A stretch of DNA of 62,158 nt, the filler included. It is 5 parts of 5 records of this genome, joined end to end, with 100 filler letters (N's around TTAATTAATTAA, not from the genome) between each part and the next. Parts side by side here need not be neighbours in the genome. Positions count along the whole stretch, not along the records: positions 1 to 16,269 come from DRR378314_676; positions 16,370 to 30,239 come from DRR378314_679; 3 more parts are not named here. The stretch is one strand, 5' to 3'. This document shows positions 12,671 through 25,867 of this stretch, piece by piece (positions within the stretch are counted from its first letter, which is position 1; each line of letters starts with the position of its first letter). The notes beneath the pieces are model-generated. The model did not search any database. It was not told the origin of the DNA and was given only the letters and a program-made list of their open reading frames with translations. The translations under genes and the position numbers were made by a program.

Positions 12671-15600
12671 GGGTCGCGCTGCGTGCACGCCGGTAATTGC
12701 GGTGCTGTGCATCGCTGCTTCCGCGCTCAGAGTGGCCCTCTACATGCTGCCGGAAACCATGTATTTTTTCTGGTCTTTTGGCCGTTCTGCGCGTGTCGAA
12801 TGCATGCTACGGAAGCACAACGGAGAAAAGCTGCGCTCCGTATCATGGCGTGCCAAGCGCATCGCTGCGATCAGTATGCTTCTTGCCCCGTGCGTGCGCA
12901 CGACCGCGTGCATGCAAGTGCCGTATCTCGCTGCAGTCTCTCCTTCCTTCCGTTGCATATGCCAGCCGTTCCCGCGGACGCACAGCGTGTGAGCAGGCAA
13001 CGTGTGGGTCGCCTTCTAGCTGGACATGGCACAGCGTATTTACCAAAGTGCCTCCGAGCTGTCCTTTCCGTGGGTGCGCACCGGCGCATCAGTGGGGCCA
13101 ACAGGAACGCTTCTCCCACTTTTGATGGAGCGCGCTTTCGCGGCTGCTTCTGACTGGCGCGTGGCGTGGAGGAGATCAAGAGCCCGCAAGTCTGCTTGCT
13201 TTGCACTGGCTCCGGTCGTTTGGTTTCTCCTCTTTGCTGTTTTGTACCATTTGTGATCTCCACGAAGCGTTTGTCACGGCGGCTTTGTCAATTGCGATCG
13301 CGTTGCTTTGGCGCTGGTGTTTGTTTGTTTCTTTGTTTCTTTCTTGGGCGGGTGCGGCTTGCGGCGGATCGAATGTCGATTGCTTGCTTCCGTTCACCCA
13401 CGGCTAGCTGCGGTATCCAAGAAGCGAGCAACTTGGCTGACCCTCTTGTAGGTATAGTATTGTGTCGTTGACGATGTTTCGGTGCATGCCGCATACACGG
13501 GAAGATTCTGCGGTAAATCGTTGTTGTCTGCCTCCCCCGCCTCCGCCTGCGCTTTGCGTTGGCCATAGGGCAGCAGGGGCCGCGCGATCGTGCGAGACTC
13601 TTGCGATGCGCTGTGCTTGCGATCATGCATGCTTCATGCGCTTACAGTATGGCCGCTTAATCGGCGAAATGAAAAGGATCGTCGGGAAATGACGTGTGTC
13701 TGTGTGCTTCTGTGGCCCTGTTTCCACCACGTGGATATCGGCAGTGGCCTGCAATATCTGCATTATGGCGCATAAATAAATTTCTGATATCTTGGTTGCC
13801 CGCTTTCCGCGCGTAATCGTGTTTTTCTCGTAGACTTTCTTTACTTTTCCCTTCGAAAGTGAGCTCACCCATCTGCTTCGCGCCTTTCGTACTCCCGCCG
13901 TTGTTGGAATGTGGAGCACGAAACAACAAGCAAATCGCTCCCCATTCTCCCCTTGTATTCTTGCAATGCTGTAGCGGTGGCTTTGGTTCCTTGCATCCCA
14001 CGATACGTACGATGCACAGACACAGTCTCTCGGAACACATCGATATATACCAAATGCCGCGAAAACCTCAAAAAACGTAGGTTGACGCCGGGACGATGCG
14101 CGTTTCCAGTAAAGAGCCCGCAAACTCTGCATGATGCCACTTCTGAATCCTTTCCAACATGGTGTTCCCACAGTACGCTGCCAGCCAAAGGTTCGGGTTA
14201 GCAGCATGAGCGCATTGCTCCTCTACTCTTCTTACACTCTTGCATAAGAATATTGTTTGGATAACGATACTGTAATGCAGCGCTTTGTTGATTCCCGCGC
14301 CGGTTCGCGCGCGTCTCTTCACTCGGACGAACGTGCACGCCAGGACGGCCGATCGTACGCTCGAGCTGTGATAGGTCAGAATGCCGCGTTAGCTCCGGGA
14401 CACTGCTACTCGCGCAGATCATTGGCAGAAGTCGCGAAAAGAAGAAGAGAAACGCCTCTGTGCACACGTTGCGCGCCACCGGAAGAAAGACAGCCACGGA
14501 GGGCACGATCGCAGCGCGCGAGCGTGCCAGCGGGCACCGCACGCGCGTGCGCCGCGATCATCTAGGGTTCCAGGAAAGGAGCTGCCCCACCCTTGCGCGC
14601 GCTCTTGCTGGTGTCGTAGGGGAACCCCTGCCTAACCTCTACCGCACGCCGGCGGAGTGCGCAGCAGGCGCTTCTCTATCGGACTGTGCTCCCAACAACA
14701 CGCTGCAAGTGAGTAGCTACTGCAAGGTGTATGCGGGCGCAGAGCTGTGATTAAAGGTACATAGGCGCGCGCGCAATGCGCAGATACACACCGTTTTCGT
14801 TCCCGGGGGCAGGGAGAGGCGTTGTCGTATGTCGTGCGACGTTGCTATTGCACGAAAAAAAATAAATATATATCTGCGAAACTACATAGAGCAGCAGCAG
14901 AGTGCCGACGAGGATATTCCTCGCTCTCTCCCGCGTTTCTTCGCCCAAACCCGCAGGGATGGGCGCGCGCGCGAATGACGCGAGAGAAGCTGTGGCGCAG
15001 CCTTGAAGGGAAAAAAGAAGCGTGAGCTGCAATGGCCAAGGAGCCGCAAGAATGCGCACTTGGGCCGTCGCAGAATGCTGTGCTTTCGGCATTTGAGCGA
15101 GGATTCATACATTTTTTTTCTGTGGGAAGCTACCGCAGGTTTCTGCGCCTAACGAACGCCGTGGTGTGCACCGCCCGCTGACACGGCGCGACAACGACGA
15201 TCGTGCCGCTTGCACGCCGTACACACCGCCTGCCGCCTCTGCGTGCGTGCAACCTGTCTGGTGAGCGCGCTGAAAGTGCTCACACCGGCACATTGCCGGT
15301 TTCCTTTACTTCAACTATTGCCTTTGCAGGACAGCAACTTGTAAGCACAAGGATACATTCGTCGTGCAGTCTCACTTGATCTACAAGAGGACAACCGCGC
15401 ATGTTGCACTTTGGCCGGCGTCAGGAGCGCAGTGGACTGTGAGAGCGTCTGGGTGGATGGAATGGTGTGTCAAAACATCAAACGGAGATAACGAGACGGC
15501 GAGTCGAAGGAGCGGGAACGGCCAATGCTCCACTTGCTGCACAATTTGATGGTTTACGCGGAAAATCCATCCATTTGTAAAGTTTGTATATCTTTGCACT

Positions 15601-15773
15601 ACAGTGATGATAAAATTTTCCCCTCTTTACTGCATCGTCTCGACGAGAGCCTCCAAGGAGGAGCGAGAACGCTGAGCGTAGCGTGCCAGGACTCGCCCGG
15701 AAGCGGCCATTCACGTTTACAGGCCTACACTTGTCGCTGCGATTCCCACTTTCTATTTTGCTGGCGCAGAAAT

Positions 15774-15882
15774 ATGGGCCTCTCCGGCCTAATCCTTACC
15801 GATGCGCGAAGTGGTGCGATGCTTTACGATCTCCCTCTGCAACGTGGATATGGCCTTCCAAAGGGATTTTCCTACCGGGAAG
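15774..15882 (+). CDS. Putative first exon of a hypothetical protein (longin-like beta-hairpin start); gene cut by contig end
   Basis: MGLSGLILTDARSGAMLYDLPLQRGYGLPKGFSYRE followed by donor GTGCGA. The pattern of hydrophobic strand, D-xx-SG and hydrophobic-Y resembles longin-domain starts. No downstream exon confirmed. Confidence 0.3.
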
Positions 15883-16269
15883 GTGCGAGGCGGAAAGCGG
15901 TGTCACCCTGTAGAGCGTGTCCACCCGGTATGCGTCGTGCTGCGCCGCTCATAGGCCATCGCTATGTGCAAGCATGTACTTTCGTCCAACTCGCATAAGA
16001 ACCCGCGATTCTTATTGTCTGAACGCACACTCATCTCTATTATTTATTCAAAAATGCACTCATTATCCGCTTGACATGGCGTTGAGTAAACCAAATCGAG
16101 CGCTTGCAGTAAAGCAGAAGATACGCGAAAAAATGCGCTGCCAACAGCCGCGCGCTGCTCGCTGACTTCGGCAGTCACTTCTAAGATTGCCTGGCAAATG
16201 TTGCGGTACTTCATACCGAGACCTTCGTCTACTGCATTGTCTTCGCGCAAACCTCTTTCCTTCAGTTTA

Positions 16270-16369
16270 NNNNNNNNNNNNNNNNNNNNNNNNNNNNNNN
16301 NNNNNNNNNNNNNTTAATTAATTAANNNNNNNNNNNNNNNNNNNNNNNNNNNNNNNNNNNNNNNNNNNN
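16270..16369. other. Artificial contig spacer (N-run + TTAATTAATTAA + N-run)
   Basis: 100-nt linker with a core giving stops in all six frames; the same structure occurs four times in the window. Confidence 0.98.
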
Positions 16370-16728
16370 AAAAAAAACAAACAAACAAAAAAACAAACAA
16401 AAACGGCGGACAGCCGGCTGGAAGCAAAGCCGCTTCTCCCACCACCGAAAGTCGCCTTGTTTCCAAACATACACAATCCAGTGTAACTTTCAGTTTCAGA
16501 TGCGCAGGATACAGGTTATGGTTGTGGAGGTTTGTGTACTTGAGGCGTTTGGGGGGAGACGGAGCGAGATCGTGCGCAGAAGAGCCATTTCTCCAAGGCA
16601 AGAGCTCTATAAGAATGCTCAACATCCTACGAAGAGGCTCCATAGCTGCATTCTTCGATTGTACAGCATTGCACATTTTTCTCTTCTTCTTCTTTTCGTC
16701 CACTTCTGAAGAGCAGTCGCTCTCGTAC

Positions 16729-19700
16729 CTGTTTCGGCTGCGAGCAGCGCGATATAGAAGCTCCGTTGGTACTGAACAAGTACGTTGCGACAGGTAAACG
16801 CCCCGTCTTACGATAATCCGCTACAGACAGGCCGAAAAGAACACAAAGTCACAAGAAAGAGGACGTTGGATCAACGCATAGATTTTGTCGCGTATCATAT
16901 CGATGACAGAGCTGGACAAGTCGCGGTGGCTTTCAGGTACAAAACTACGTTGGCGAAGTGAAACAGCCACAAACAAGTATCAACCACGTATCTTCCTCAC
17001 GTCCGAATTCCAGCACAAAAAACGGAAACACCAGCAAAAAGTCAACTACGAACAACAAGATACTGCGATAAGAGAATCAGACTGTCTCTAAAGTCCAAGA
17101 ACACAGTGTCTCGATCGCTGGAGCTCTGAGTGGCGGAATCGCGCTACTTCCTCGTGCAGTAGCGCGATTCCGCTCCAATGCAGCGCCAACAGCAAAGGAA
17201 TTACAAGGAATCCGCTGCCCAACATAACACCGCCATATATATCTACTGACGCAATCATAGGTGAAGGTTTGAGAGAAAAGAGAGGGGGGGAGAGGGAGAA
17301 AGGGCAGTATAGAAACGAAGAAAACAACACTCTGGAAGATGACAGTCGTTCCCTACGAACATCGAACAAAACAACTCAACATCACAAAACGCTGTTTTCT
17401 CACTCTCTTGACACATCCGCTCTTTCTATGCGAGCACATATAGCACGACGGTACTTCTCCATGACGGAAATCAAGGGAAAAACGCACCTGTTTTCCGCAG
17501 CAGATCATCGCTCGCTCCAGTAGGAACCACGATGAGCGCAGGATACGTCGGTGAAAGCTCGTACGAGCGATTGATCATCGTTATTTTCCACTCTTTCATC
17601 GATGCAACCCCCTACATAACGCGCGAAAAGACGAAAGGACCCCGAGAGTCATAGTGAGAAAACAAAGAGAAAGGGAGCGAGTATCTTGTGAGCTACACGC
17701 TAAGAAACTACGTGGAAATCGTGCACGAGATCTGAATTTCAATGCAAAGACAATAAAACTGACCAAAGCGCACTGTCGACGAACCACAAAATGCACTACA
17801 AAACAAAAAGGGAAGAGCTCTTCGCCTTGGGAACGAAAGAAGGACTCAACATACCTGTCGCTCATACTCCTTTCGGATATCGTACAGACTCCACTCACGA
17901 TGCTCTTTCGGCGCGTACGAGTACGCAAACGAAGATTTCTACAAGCGAGATGGCGCACGCGGAAAGAACACGACCAATGAACTCAACATCAATGCGCTGT
18001 ACACGAGAAATAGAGGGAAAAAGGGAATATGCGCGATGTTAAAAGCGCTCTATGGTCAACCGCACGCCTGACTCGCATTTCGACAGAGTATCTACGGCGC
18101 GTCGACTATACTTTTCACGAGGAACCAGTCATGCTACTTGCAGCGGAACTGACAATCGCCCCGGAGGACTCGAGATAACAAAAAGTTTACAGTTTGCACT
18201 CGGAACGCCATGGCCGAACGAAAGAGCTGCGTTTCAACGTTTGGATCTCTGGTCGAGGCATCGCCACTGGTATTGACGGAAAGAGGGACAACCTCGGGTT
18301 CCGCGCCCGCTCGAGCGGGAAACCCCGCAGCCGCGAGCTCTTCGTAGAGAAATGCCCCTGACGCACTACGAAAACCGCATGTCGAGGTGAATATTATACG
18401 CACCACATTCCCAGGGAACGAAGCGGCTCGAATGGCGTTCTTCACGGTCTTCCGCGAGTTGTTGTGCGGGATGAAAGCGAGACGGATTGTGCGAAGATCA
18501 CGACACGACACGTCGCAGCATTGCATTTCTTTCACGGGTGAAACGTCGTCCGTCGCGTTAATAACACTTTCGATAAATCCAAGAGGTATATCGTATACAA
18601 TGAGAGGCTGGAGCAAGTGTTTGAAAAAGTCACACGCGACATTGGTAGAACCAGCTCCGTGAGATGGAATGCCGTGTGAAATGTAACAACAGCTATGCAG
18701 AAATCTCTTCTACCAGCGATGTAAACAAAATAAACGCTTTCGCGCTCCTCCTCCCGGCGTTGCCTAGTGCGCTACTCTGGCCCAAGTCGGCTCTCTATGC
18801 AGAGAAGCGAGTGCGAAAGGAGGCGCCGAAATCCCAAGGTGTATCGCGGGAATCGCTCCCCGCCGCACCTCTTCGCCTTGCGCCGCTGCGAACACCTCGT
18901 AGGACACGAAGCGGACGCGAAAGTTGGTCAACAGCAATGAACCGACCGCCGGCTGCGCATTGTACGGATCCTTTGCCGCCTCTACGCAGAGAACGGAACA
19001 GAAAGGTGGTAGACGAATGAGTGCGCATCCCGAACATGTTGCCTTACGTTGAAGCGCGTTGCAGCGGGAAACGAGGACCCGCAGTACAGCAAAGCTACCC
19101 TCGACAGATCAAACCCCACGCAGACATTCGGTGTCTGTATTTACATTACACGAATTTTTGCCCTGTGCATAGTTTCGATGGTACACTGCATAGGTGTTCG
19201 TGGAAAAGCGCCCCGGAAGTCGCACCTGGGGCCTTTGCTCCGACAAGTTTGGCCATGACCAGCTCGCAGCGGTGCAGAACTGTCTCGCCTGGCAAGAAAT
19301 TCCCAGCTCGCGGAACAGCAAAACGCGCATCTGTGTCACCACGAGGCAGCACTGCCTCATCATCCGACGCTGTAAAGCAGGAATGGAAACAACAGAGGCG
19401 GCCATCGCACCGAACGAGAGGACAGGTCAGGAGAGGATGCGCCAAGCAGCGCGACGTCCGGCGCCGCGACAAAGACAGTGAAGGCCCACGCAGCCGCCCC
19501 CTTAACCTTCATCCAATGTGCCATCAAGAGAGAATCAGAGAAAACACGTATAAAATAGAAAGATCAATTAAACACAACGCAGCAAAACGACGGCGCGCGA
19601 AGTGCAACTGCTGCAAGTAGGTGGGAGGTGAGGGGGCGACGAAAGCTACCAGCGCCCTCTGCACGGCGAAGCGCGCGAGGAACGGTCAGTACTGCGCTGT

Positions 19701-20328
19701 AAAAACCGCCGGCGAGCTGCTGGATACGCGGCTGCAGCGCCAAAGCTCTACCCTCCACCAGCATATAACGCCTCCCATTTTCTAAAGGATTATTTTTTAA
19801 TAAAGTGCTGATCATATTCTGTAAATGGAATCCGGGCAGGCGCTACGGCTTCGGGGATAATTGCGAGGTATACTACGTCAATGAGTGCGCGCAAACGTCG
19901 TCCGGCAGAGTCAGAGCGGGCGCGGCGAATCCCCTCCCCTCCAGCCTCCCAGGCCCACGCGAGCTGCGGCGCGGGGTTGCTGAAGGCAGGCCAAGTTCCC
20001 CGCGCCCACGCCAACGCGGGATGGGCGCCAAACCACTCTTCAACATTCACATAAGAGGGTCGTGCACCTATCCAGCTCCATGCAGGGCAGAAAGCGCGTC
20101 AGTGGTCGCTGGAGTGCCGTGCCACTGCGACCTCGAGCGACCTGCCTCCTCGCCGCGTTGCTCGCCGACTCCTGCGGCGCGCCGAGTGATCGCGCCCACT
20201 GAGCACGCAGCAGGGTGCGCGCAACTTTCCGTACCATTCGGAGACTGTACTCCGGAGCCAGCAAGCTCTGTGTCATCGCGGAGTCGCATGTTATCTATCC
20301 CGTCGCGCGCAGCCTTCGAGCGGCCCAT
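16729..20328 (-). CDS. Myotubularin-family phosphoinositide phosphatase, 5' portion (PH-GRAM and start of phosphatase domain); truncated by contig end
   Basis: Seven in-phase GT-AG exons: 20328-20235, 19369-19226, 18981-18869, 18607-18404, 17938-17855, 17611-17488, 16820-16729. Motifs [89 protein letters not shown] and ISRCSQP follow the MTM1/MTMR2 order. The catalytic CX5R loop is not in the contig. Confidence 0.92.
17133..17173. repeat. Perfect 16-bp inverted repeat (hairpin) in a myotubularin intron
   Basis: GCGGAATCGCGCTACT (17133-17148), 9-nt loop, AGTAGCGCGATTCCGC (17158-17173). Confidence 0.9.
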
Positions 20329-21001
20329 TGCACACGCGTGCGAGGTACGAGACGGAGAGAGAGAGCGCTGTACCTGGGTACTGTGCGGCGCGCACGAGCC
20401 GGCATTCGCGAGCACACGGGGGAAATCGCCTTGGACCTCGTGCCCGATCCTCCCTTATCTGACCCTAGTTTCACGCTGGGCCGCGTCTTCGCCCCTGACG
20501 GAGGGCGCGCAGTGCCCAGCGCGCACTGCGGCGCGAGTACCCGGGAACCCGTCCGAGCGCGCCCCTTTTCCAGCCGCAAACTAGCCAACGCTAGTGTGTA
20601 TACTTCGCGCTAATAGCTTGTCGGACTGCAAGAGGTTGCGATCTCGGGCGCTGGTATTCATCCGACCTGCGCATGATGTACCACGCGCTACACCCCAGAG
20701 TGCCAACACGGAACGGCCAGCAACAACATACGGAGCGCGCGCCGTGCCCATGAAGCGCAAACGGCACTGCATGTATTGGTTGAAATTGCGTATGCGCGGC
20801 TAATTGCCTGAACACGAATACGACGGGCGCTACGGCACTCTCCTTTGCTCAGAGCGCGGAGCTACGACAGGGTCCCGGAGCCCCGCAGATACTCGCTTTT
20901 CTGTTACACCACGACAAACCACCACGAAGCGGCAATGCAAAGCGAATGCTCTCTGCCCTACAGCGTCCACAAGGAGTGCGCAGATGGGGAACGCCTGCAC
21001 G

Positions 21002-24000
21002 CTACTGATGGGGATGTATCACAGTCGGAACAAGTATCTCACGGGTGAAAGGGTCCCGGGGAGGAAAATGTCGCCCCTCGAGCAGTACGCGCGCAAAAGT
21101 GCTGAAGTCGACGACCAGCCCAGAAGGGAGGACCACTGGCAGCCTCGCGCGGCGGTGGAGGAGCACATCCTGGGCGCCATCGTTCAGCCCGTCGTCGGAT
21201 TTCAGTATCGTTGCCTTTCGCTTCTGCGCTTCTTTGCCGGCACCGGATGCCAAAGGCGCATCGGCGGGCGTATGCGCCTCTGCTGGGTCTGGGCAGCTAC
21301 GATCGTCGCGCTCGCCTGGGAGCGAGAGTGCTGCGCCAGGGTTGTGATCGAAAAGTTCGGCGTCGTCCTCGCTATCCGCTACAAGCCGAACGGCCTGTGA
21401 GGCTTTCTGAAGCGACGAGGTGAAAGTTGACGAACCAAACGCATCCACAGCCACTTGCAGGGCGTCTGCGGCTTCTCGCGTCGCATCGCGTCCCGCGCAC
21501 CACGCAATACCAGAGCGTAAGGCCTCGCTCTTGCAGCACCACGCAGCGAGATCGGCAGCATCGTGCGCGATCTCGTCGAGCGCTGCCGTTGTCAAGGGTG
21601 AGGCTGCGGGAGGAAATTTCTGCCTGGCCAGTCCTGCTGCTGCGGTCATGTGCGCAGCGGCAAGGAATGTCTTGGAGCATACAAAGTCGCAGCATAGGGC
21701 ACTCGGAAGCTCCGCATCACTCCGCCCAGCCGCAGCAGCAGCAAGCCACAGCGCGCGAAGTGCTCCGGTGCCCAGATCAACTTGCCCGCTGGGATCACGG
21801 AGCGCCGCCGCGGCAGATGCCAAATCGGTAATAGAGGACAACAGCGGCTGTGCACGGGGCACTAGGTCGGACAACGTATAGAGCGCTGCACATGCGCGGA
21901 ACGGCGGTACACGGTCGAGTGCGGACACAAGCGTTCCGCCGCCGCCAACGGCCGTCAGCAGCCGCACAAGCACATACGACGCCCGCAACCGAGACGAATC
22001 ATCTAGGTTCCACAGCGGATGCGCACCGTATGCCTCCAATGCTGCATCATGGCAAAAAGCACGCATCGGAAAACGTCAGATTCTCTAGGGGAAGCACATA
22101 GTGCGGGCACTATCCCCGACGTGCTAGACGTTCCTTTGGAGGAACACCTGACAAGCACACGAAAGCACACGGCTCCTCCTTGTTCACAACAGCGAGCGCC
22201 GCTGCCCTGCTGAGCACATTCGCAGTCCAGGTTTTCAGCAAGGCACACCATTAGCACATAAATACACGCGCGAATGGCAGCTGGCACGCTCAAACAGCTA
22301 CATCCGCTTTCCTTCCCGTACCCTGTGCGCATGTTTCTTCGGCGCCGCCCTCTTCGCGGGGCGCAGCGGCAGCCTGCGCATCCGGCGGACCGCGCTGCCA
22401 TACAATAGACCCCTCGGCGGAATTTGCGCGTACGACTGGCGCTGGCGGATCCCATTGCTCGCCCCACGAGCAGCGCAATGCTGCCAAATGTCGCACCACG
22501 TCACAACACAGCCCAACTGCGTCTGGGCCGATAGATGACCGCGCCGCGGCATCGGCGCGGGCACCGCGGAGCGATGCAGGCCGAACCGCAATCGCGTCAT
22601 CAGCGCCGCAGATGCACAGCGCAGCGCACTCGGTCGCAGTGACGGAAAACGCCGTTCGGAATGCGGCAACTGCTGCGCGTCCCAGGCCCGAAGCGTCGAG
22701 CTTAGCACGAGCGTACTGTGCAGCGTAGCATGCAATACTCTCTGTAAACCGCCCTCCGCCCATGCGACTTCCTGCGACGCATGCTCGCTCAATAAGCCGC
22801 GCGTGGCATGTGCGCAGCGCACGGACGCGCGCTGTTGCCGCCGCCGCAGCACCGCGGCGCGTTAGCGAGCCGAGAGCGTCCGAGCGCATCACCGCTGACG
22901 CCGAGGATGCAACCAGGTCTCCCCATCGCGACGCCGTAACGCCGTGCAGATGTTCGCGTAGGATCGTCTGTGCAGAGAGAGGGAACAATCACGCACAGGG
23001 TAATACCGGTGGTGAGGAGCAAGCAGCAGCGCTTTGCATAGAACACCACCACTGCCGCCGAGGAACGGGAATCAGGCGCTGCCAATACCGCGTGAGACAG
23101 ACCGGACGCACCGAGTCTGACGACGTCGTGAACCGCACGTACCCGTTCGGTCCAGGTGAGTTCTGGATGTGCAAACAGCGAGGTTGCAATGAGCGCCTCG
23201 GCTTCCGGCGCCGCTTGCGCCAAAGACGCGATGAGATCGACCATGGCCACACCACTCGGCTTCCCTCGCCGCCGCACCGCGATCTCGACGGCCGCGGCTT
23301 CGATCAGGCGCATCCACAGCTCGAGCGCATCGAGATGCTGTGCGCGGACAAGCGCAGCAGCTCGCAGCGAGTTAATATCGGTAACGCATTTCCCACCCAG
23401 TCCAAAGATCCCATGGGGGTTTGCAGAGGATGACGCGTGGCCGCGCGAATCGCCCTCTCGCGGGTGCAGCGCACCAGAACTTCGTTGCGAGCCGGACGAG
23501 CCCAGCGAAGCAAGCGATGCAGCGGCGAACCGAGTGGGATCGCATATATCTTCGGAAAGTGCTTCGCGCCGCAGCGCCCAGCGCCGAGTTGTATCAGCCC
23601 CGGCGCTGGGAGAAACAAAATTCTTTGTTCCATTTCCGTATTGGACCAAGCGCTCGGCCTGCAATGCTGCAGCGTCGACCGCAGGGGGCGGAGGTGGGGC
23701 GGAGACCAACGCGGCCAGCGCCGCTCGCGGCGCCGAGGCAAGACCGCCCGCTAGCGCCAATCGCACTAAAACCCCGCCGCGTACCGATGAATCCCACAAT
23801 TCTCCAGTACATGCAACACACGCAGCTGCTGCGATTGTGGGAGATGCGGTTGCGCGGTAGAGAGCGGCCGCCGCAGCAGGGTGGCGATTCAGAGCTTCGT
23901 CTGCGTTCTGCTGCAACAGCGCTGTAAACTCTGCCGACGGCCCCGATACAGCGGCGGCTACTACAACGCTAATCGCTGCAGCTTCGTGGGCTACGATAGC

Positions 24001-24861
24001 GGCAAATGAAGCGCCAAAAGATGCTTTGAGCGACGCGGGAACAGCTCGAGACAGGCGCGCACGCACTGCGAGTGCCAGCGGAGTTGCCGCTCGATCCGCA
24101 TACGCTGCAGCTGCAGCTTCCTTCAGCACAGCCTGGTCGCGGGCGCGTCTCGCGCTTCCGCTGGCTTGCGTTTCGTGCTCGGCCTCGGCCGTAGATGCAA
24201 GATCCCCCTTTGTGACACGTTGGGGATTTGTTTGTCGGCCGCGATGGCGTAGCTCCGTTTCGCGCGTTGAAGCGTTTCCCGCATCCGAGTGCTCTGCGTC
24301 ATCCGCAACGGCTTGGCGAACGAGGCGCCCGAAAAAGCGCCTAGACGCGCGCAGCAGCAGCTCCAGGCGCGCAACGCCGACGATCGCTTCGTCGCAAGAA
24401 GGTTCAACAGCGAGAAATAGTTCATAATATCGTACAAAAATGCGTGCCGCGCGTACAGCTGCATCTGTGGATACGGTGCTTGCAGCAGCAGCGTGTTCTC
24501 CCAGGACGTTGAGCGCCGCCACCGCGTCTCGAAACTCGGAGACAGCGACGTCGCGCGGGCGTAGCGCGCGCAGAACCGCCACCCACGACGCGCCGCCACC
24601 ACGGAGTGTGCGGCGTTCGCAATCGCTTGCTTCGGCATCACTACCGCATAGAAACCACGCAGTTGCGAGACCAGCAACTTTAGCCCCGTCACGAGTGAGT
24701 CCGAGACTTTTCGCGTCCGGCACAGCACTCTCGACGGAAGAGCGCCACTCGGCGAAAAACGAACTGCGCTCGCGCACGTCTTGAAACAGCAGGATAGCAA
24801 TGACGGCAACAATGCCGCACGCAAGGGCGATAACCACGCCACTTAGAAGCGCGTCCAGCAT
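21002..24861 (-). CDS. Large Ala-rich protein with N-terminal TM anchor and C-terminal U-box-like domain (putative E3 ubiquitin ligase)
   Basis: Model exons 24861-23143, 22967-22322, 22041-21002 (phases 0 and 1, donors GTACGT/GTACGG, about 1134 aa). The N-terminus MLDALLSGVVIALACGIVAVIAILLF is a TM helix. The C-terminus LPVVLPSGLVVDFSTFARVLLEG...RDPFTREIL matches the U-box pattern PV-LPSG...D-STI-xHL...DPF-R-xL. Internal splice sites were chosen by consensus, not homology. Confidence 0.6.
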
Positions 24862-25867
24862 CTTATTCACACAGAAGACGGAGTGCGAATCGCGCACGAG
24901 TACGCAAGCGCAAGCGTTTTCCTTCCTTGCTTGCCCGCCTCGCCACTAGATTGCAGCGGTGCTTTCGGCGGTTGCAGCGCTCACATGGCAGTTCCACGCA
25001 CAAACCCTTTCCTTTTCTTTTTCTTTTGCTCTCGTTCCCCGTGGTTGCTCAGAGAAGTCCCCGCCCGGGCAAACCAACGTCAATTAGAGAGTAAAGTAAA
25101 ACGACGAGCGCTTCCTTTCTACCCGCGTGGTAGTAGGTCCTTTGTCACGAGGTAAGCTTGCAACTGCAGCCGAAGCAAACGCCAGAAACGGCGCGCCACG
25201 CAGCCAGCCTCGTCGTGGCAGCAAACACGTTCAGGCGCGGCGACGCTGAAGCGCAAACGCCGAACCGAGGCGGCACACGTTACAGATCTCACAACTGGGT
25301 TGTGAATTTCGTAGAAAGTGAAACCCTGCCAAAGCGAGAACCTAAAGGGGGGGGAAAAGTCCCAGAAGTGGCGGACGTTGGAAGCGAGCAGGAACTGCAA
25401 GGCGCAACGGCGCGGAAGACGTGTCTTGCGTTCAACGGACCAGCACTGAACTGGGGAAGAACAAGTAATAACCCTACAAAGAAGAGTCACACCGTCGGAT
25501 TACTAGACTAGCACAGAGCGCTTGGCTTCCGATCTTCCCACGAGAACACGCTTACTTCTTATACGGTCTCAGGGTACAAATTTAGCCTGTACGATATTAT
25601 GCAGCTGTAGATGGGCCCGGCAGCGCGCTGCGCCGGGAAGGCGACGCGTTCGCCGCCGGCTCGCCCCAGTCGCGCGCTCCCGCGGCGTCCGAGGCGCACC
25701 GGTTCGTGCGCGGCGTCCGGCTCCACCGTCTCGCGGCGCCTGCGCAGCGCTCCGCTCGTTCCCCGCCCTGGAGGAGCGCGTACGGAGGTGTCCGCACCGT
25801 CCATCCAATACCTCGTTCGCTTCGTGTGGACTCGGCCACAGGTGCTGGGAGGCACAAATCAACGATC

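Noticed and set aside
13865..14188. BED-zinc-finger-like stretch (LWEHH...ASCRVCG...RHL) suggesting a hAT transposase relic
   Set aside because: The last His ligand is missing, and no transposase body, terminal inverted repeats or splice support were found; likely chance.
15604..15675. Possible C/D-box snoRNA (GTGATGA...CTGA)
   Set aside because: Terminal stem geometry is poor and I could not recognise an rRNA-complementary guide.
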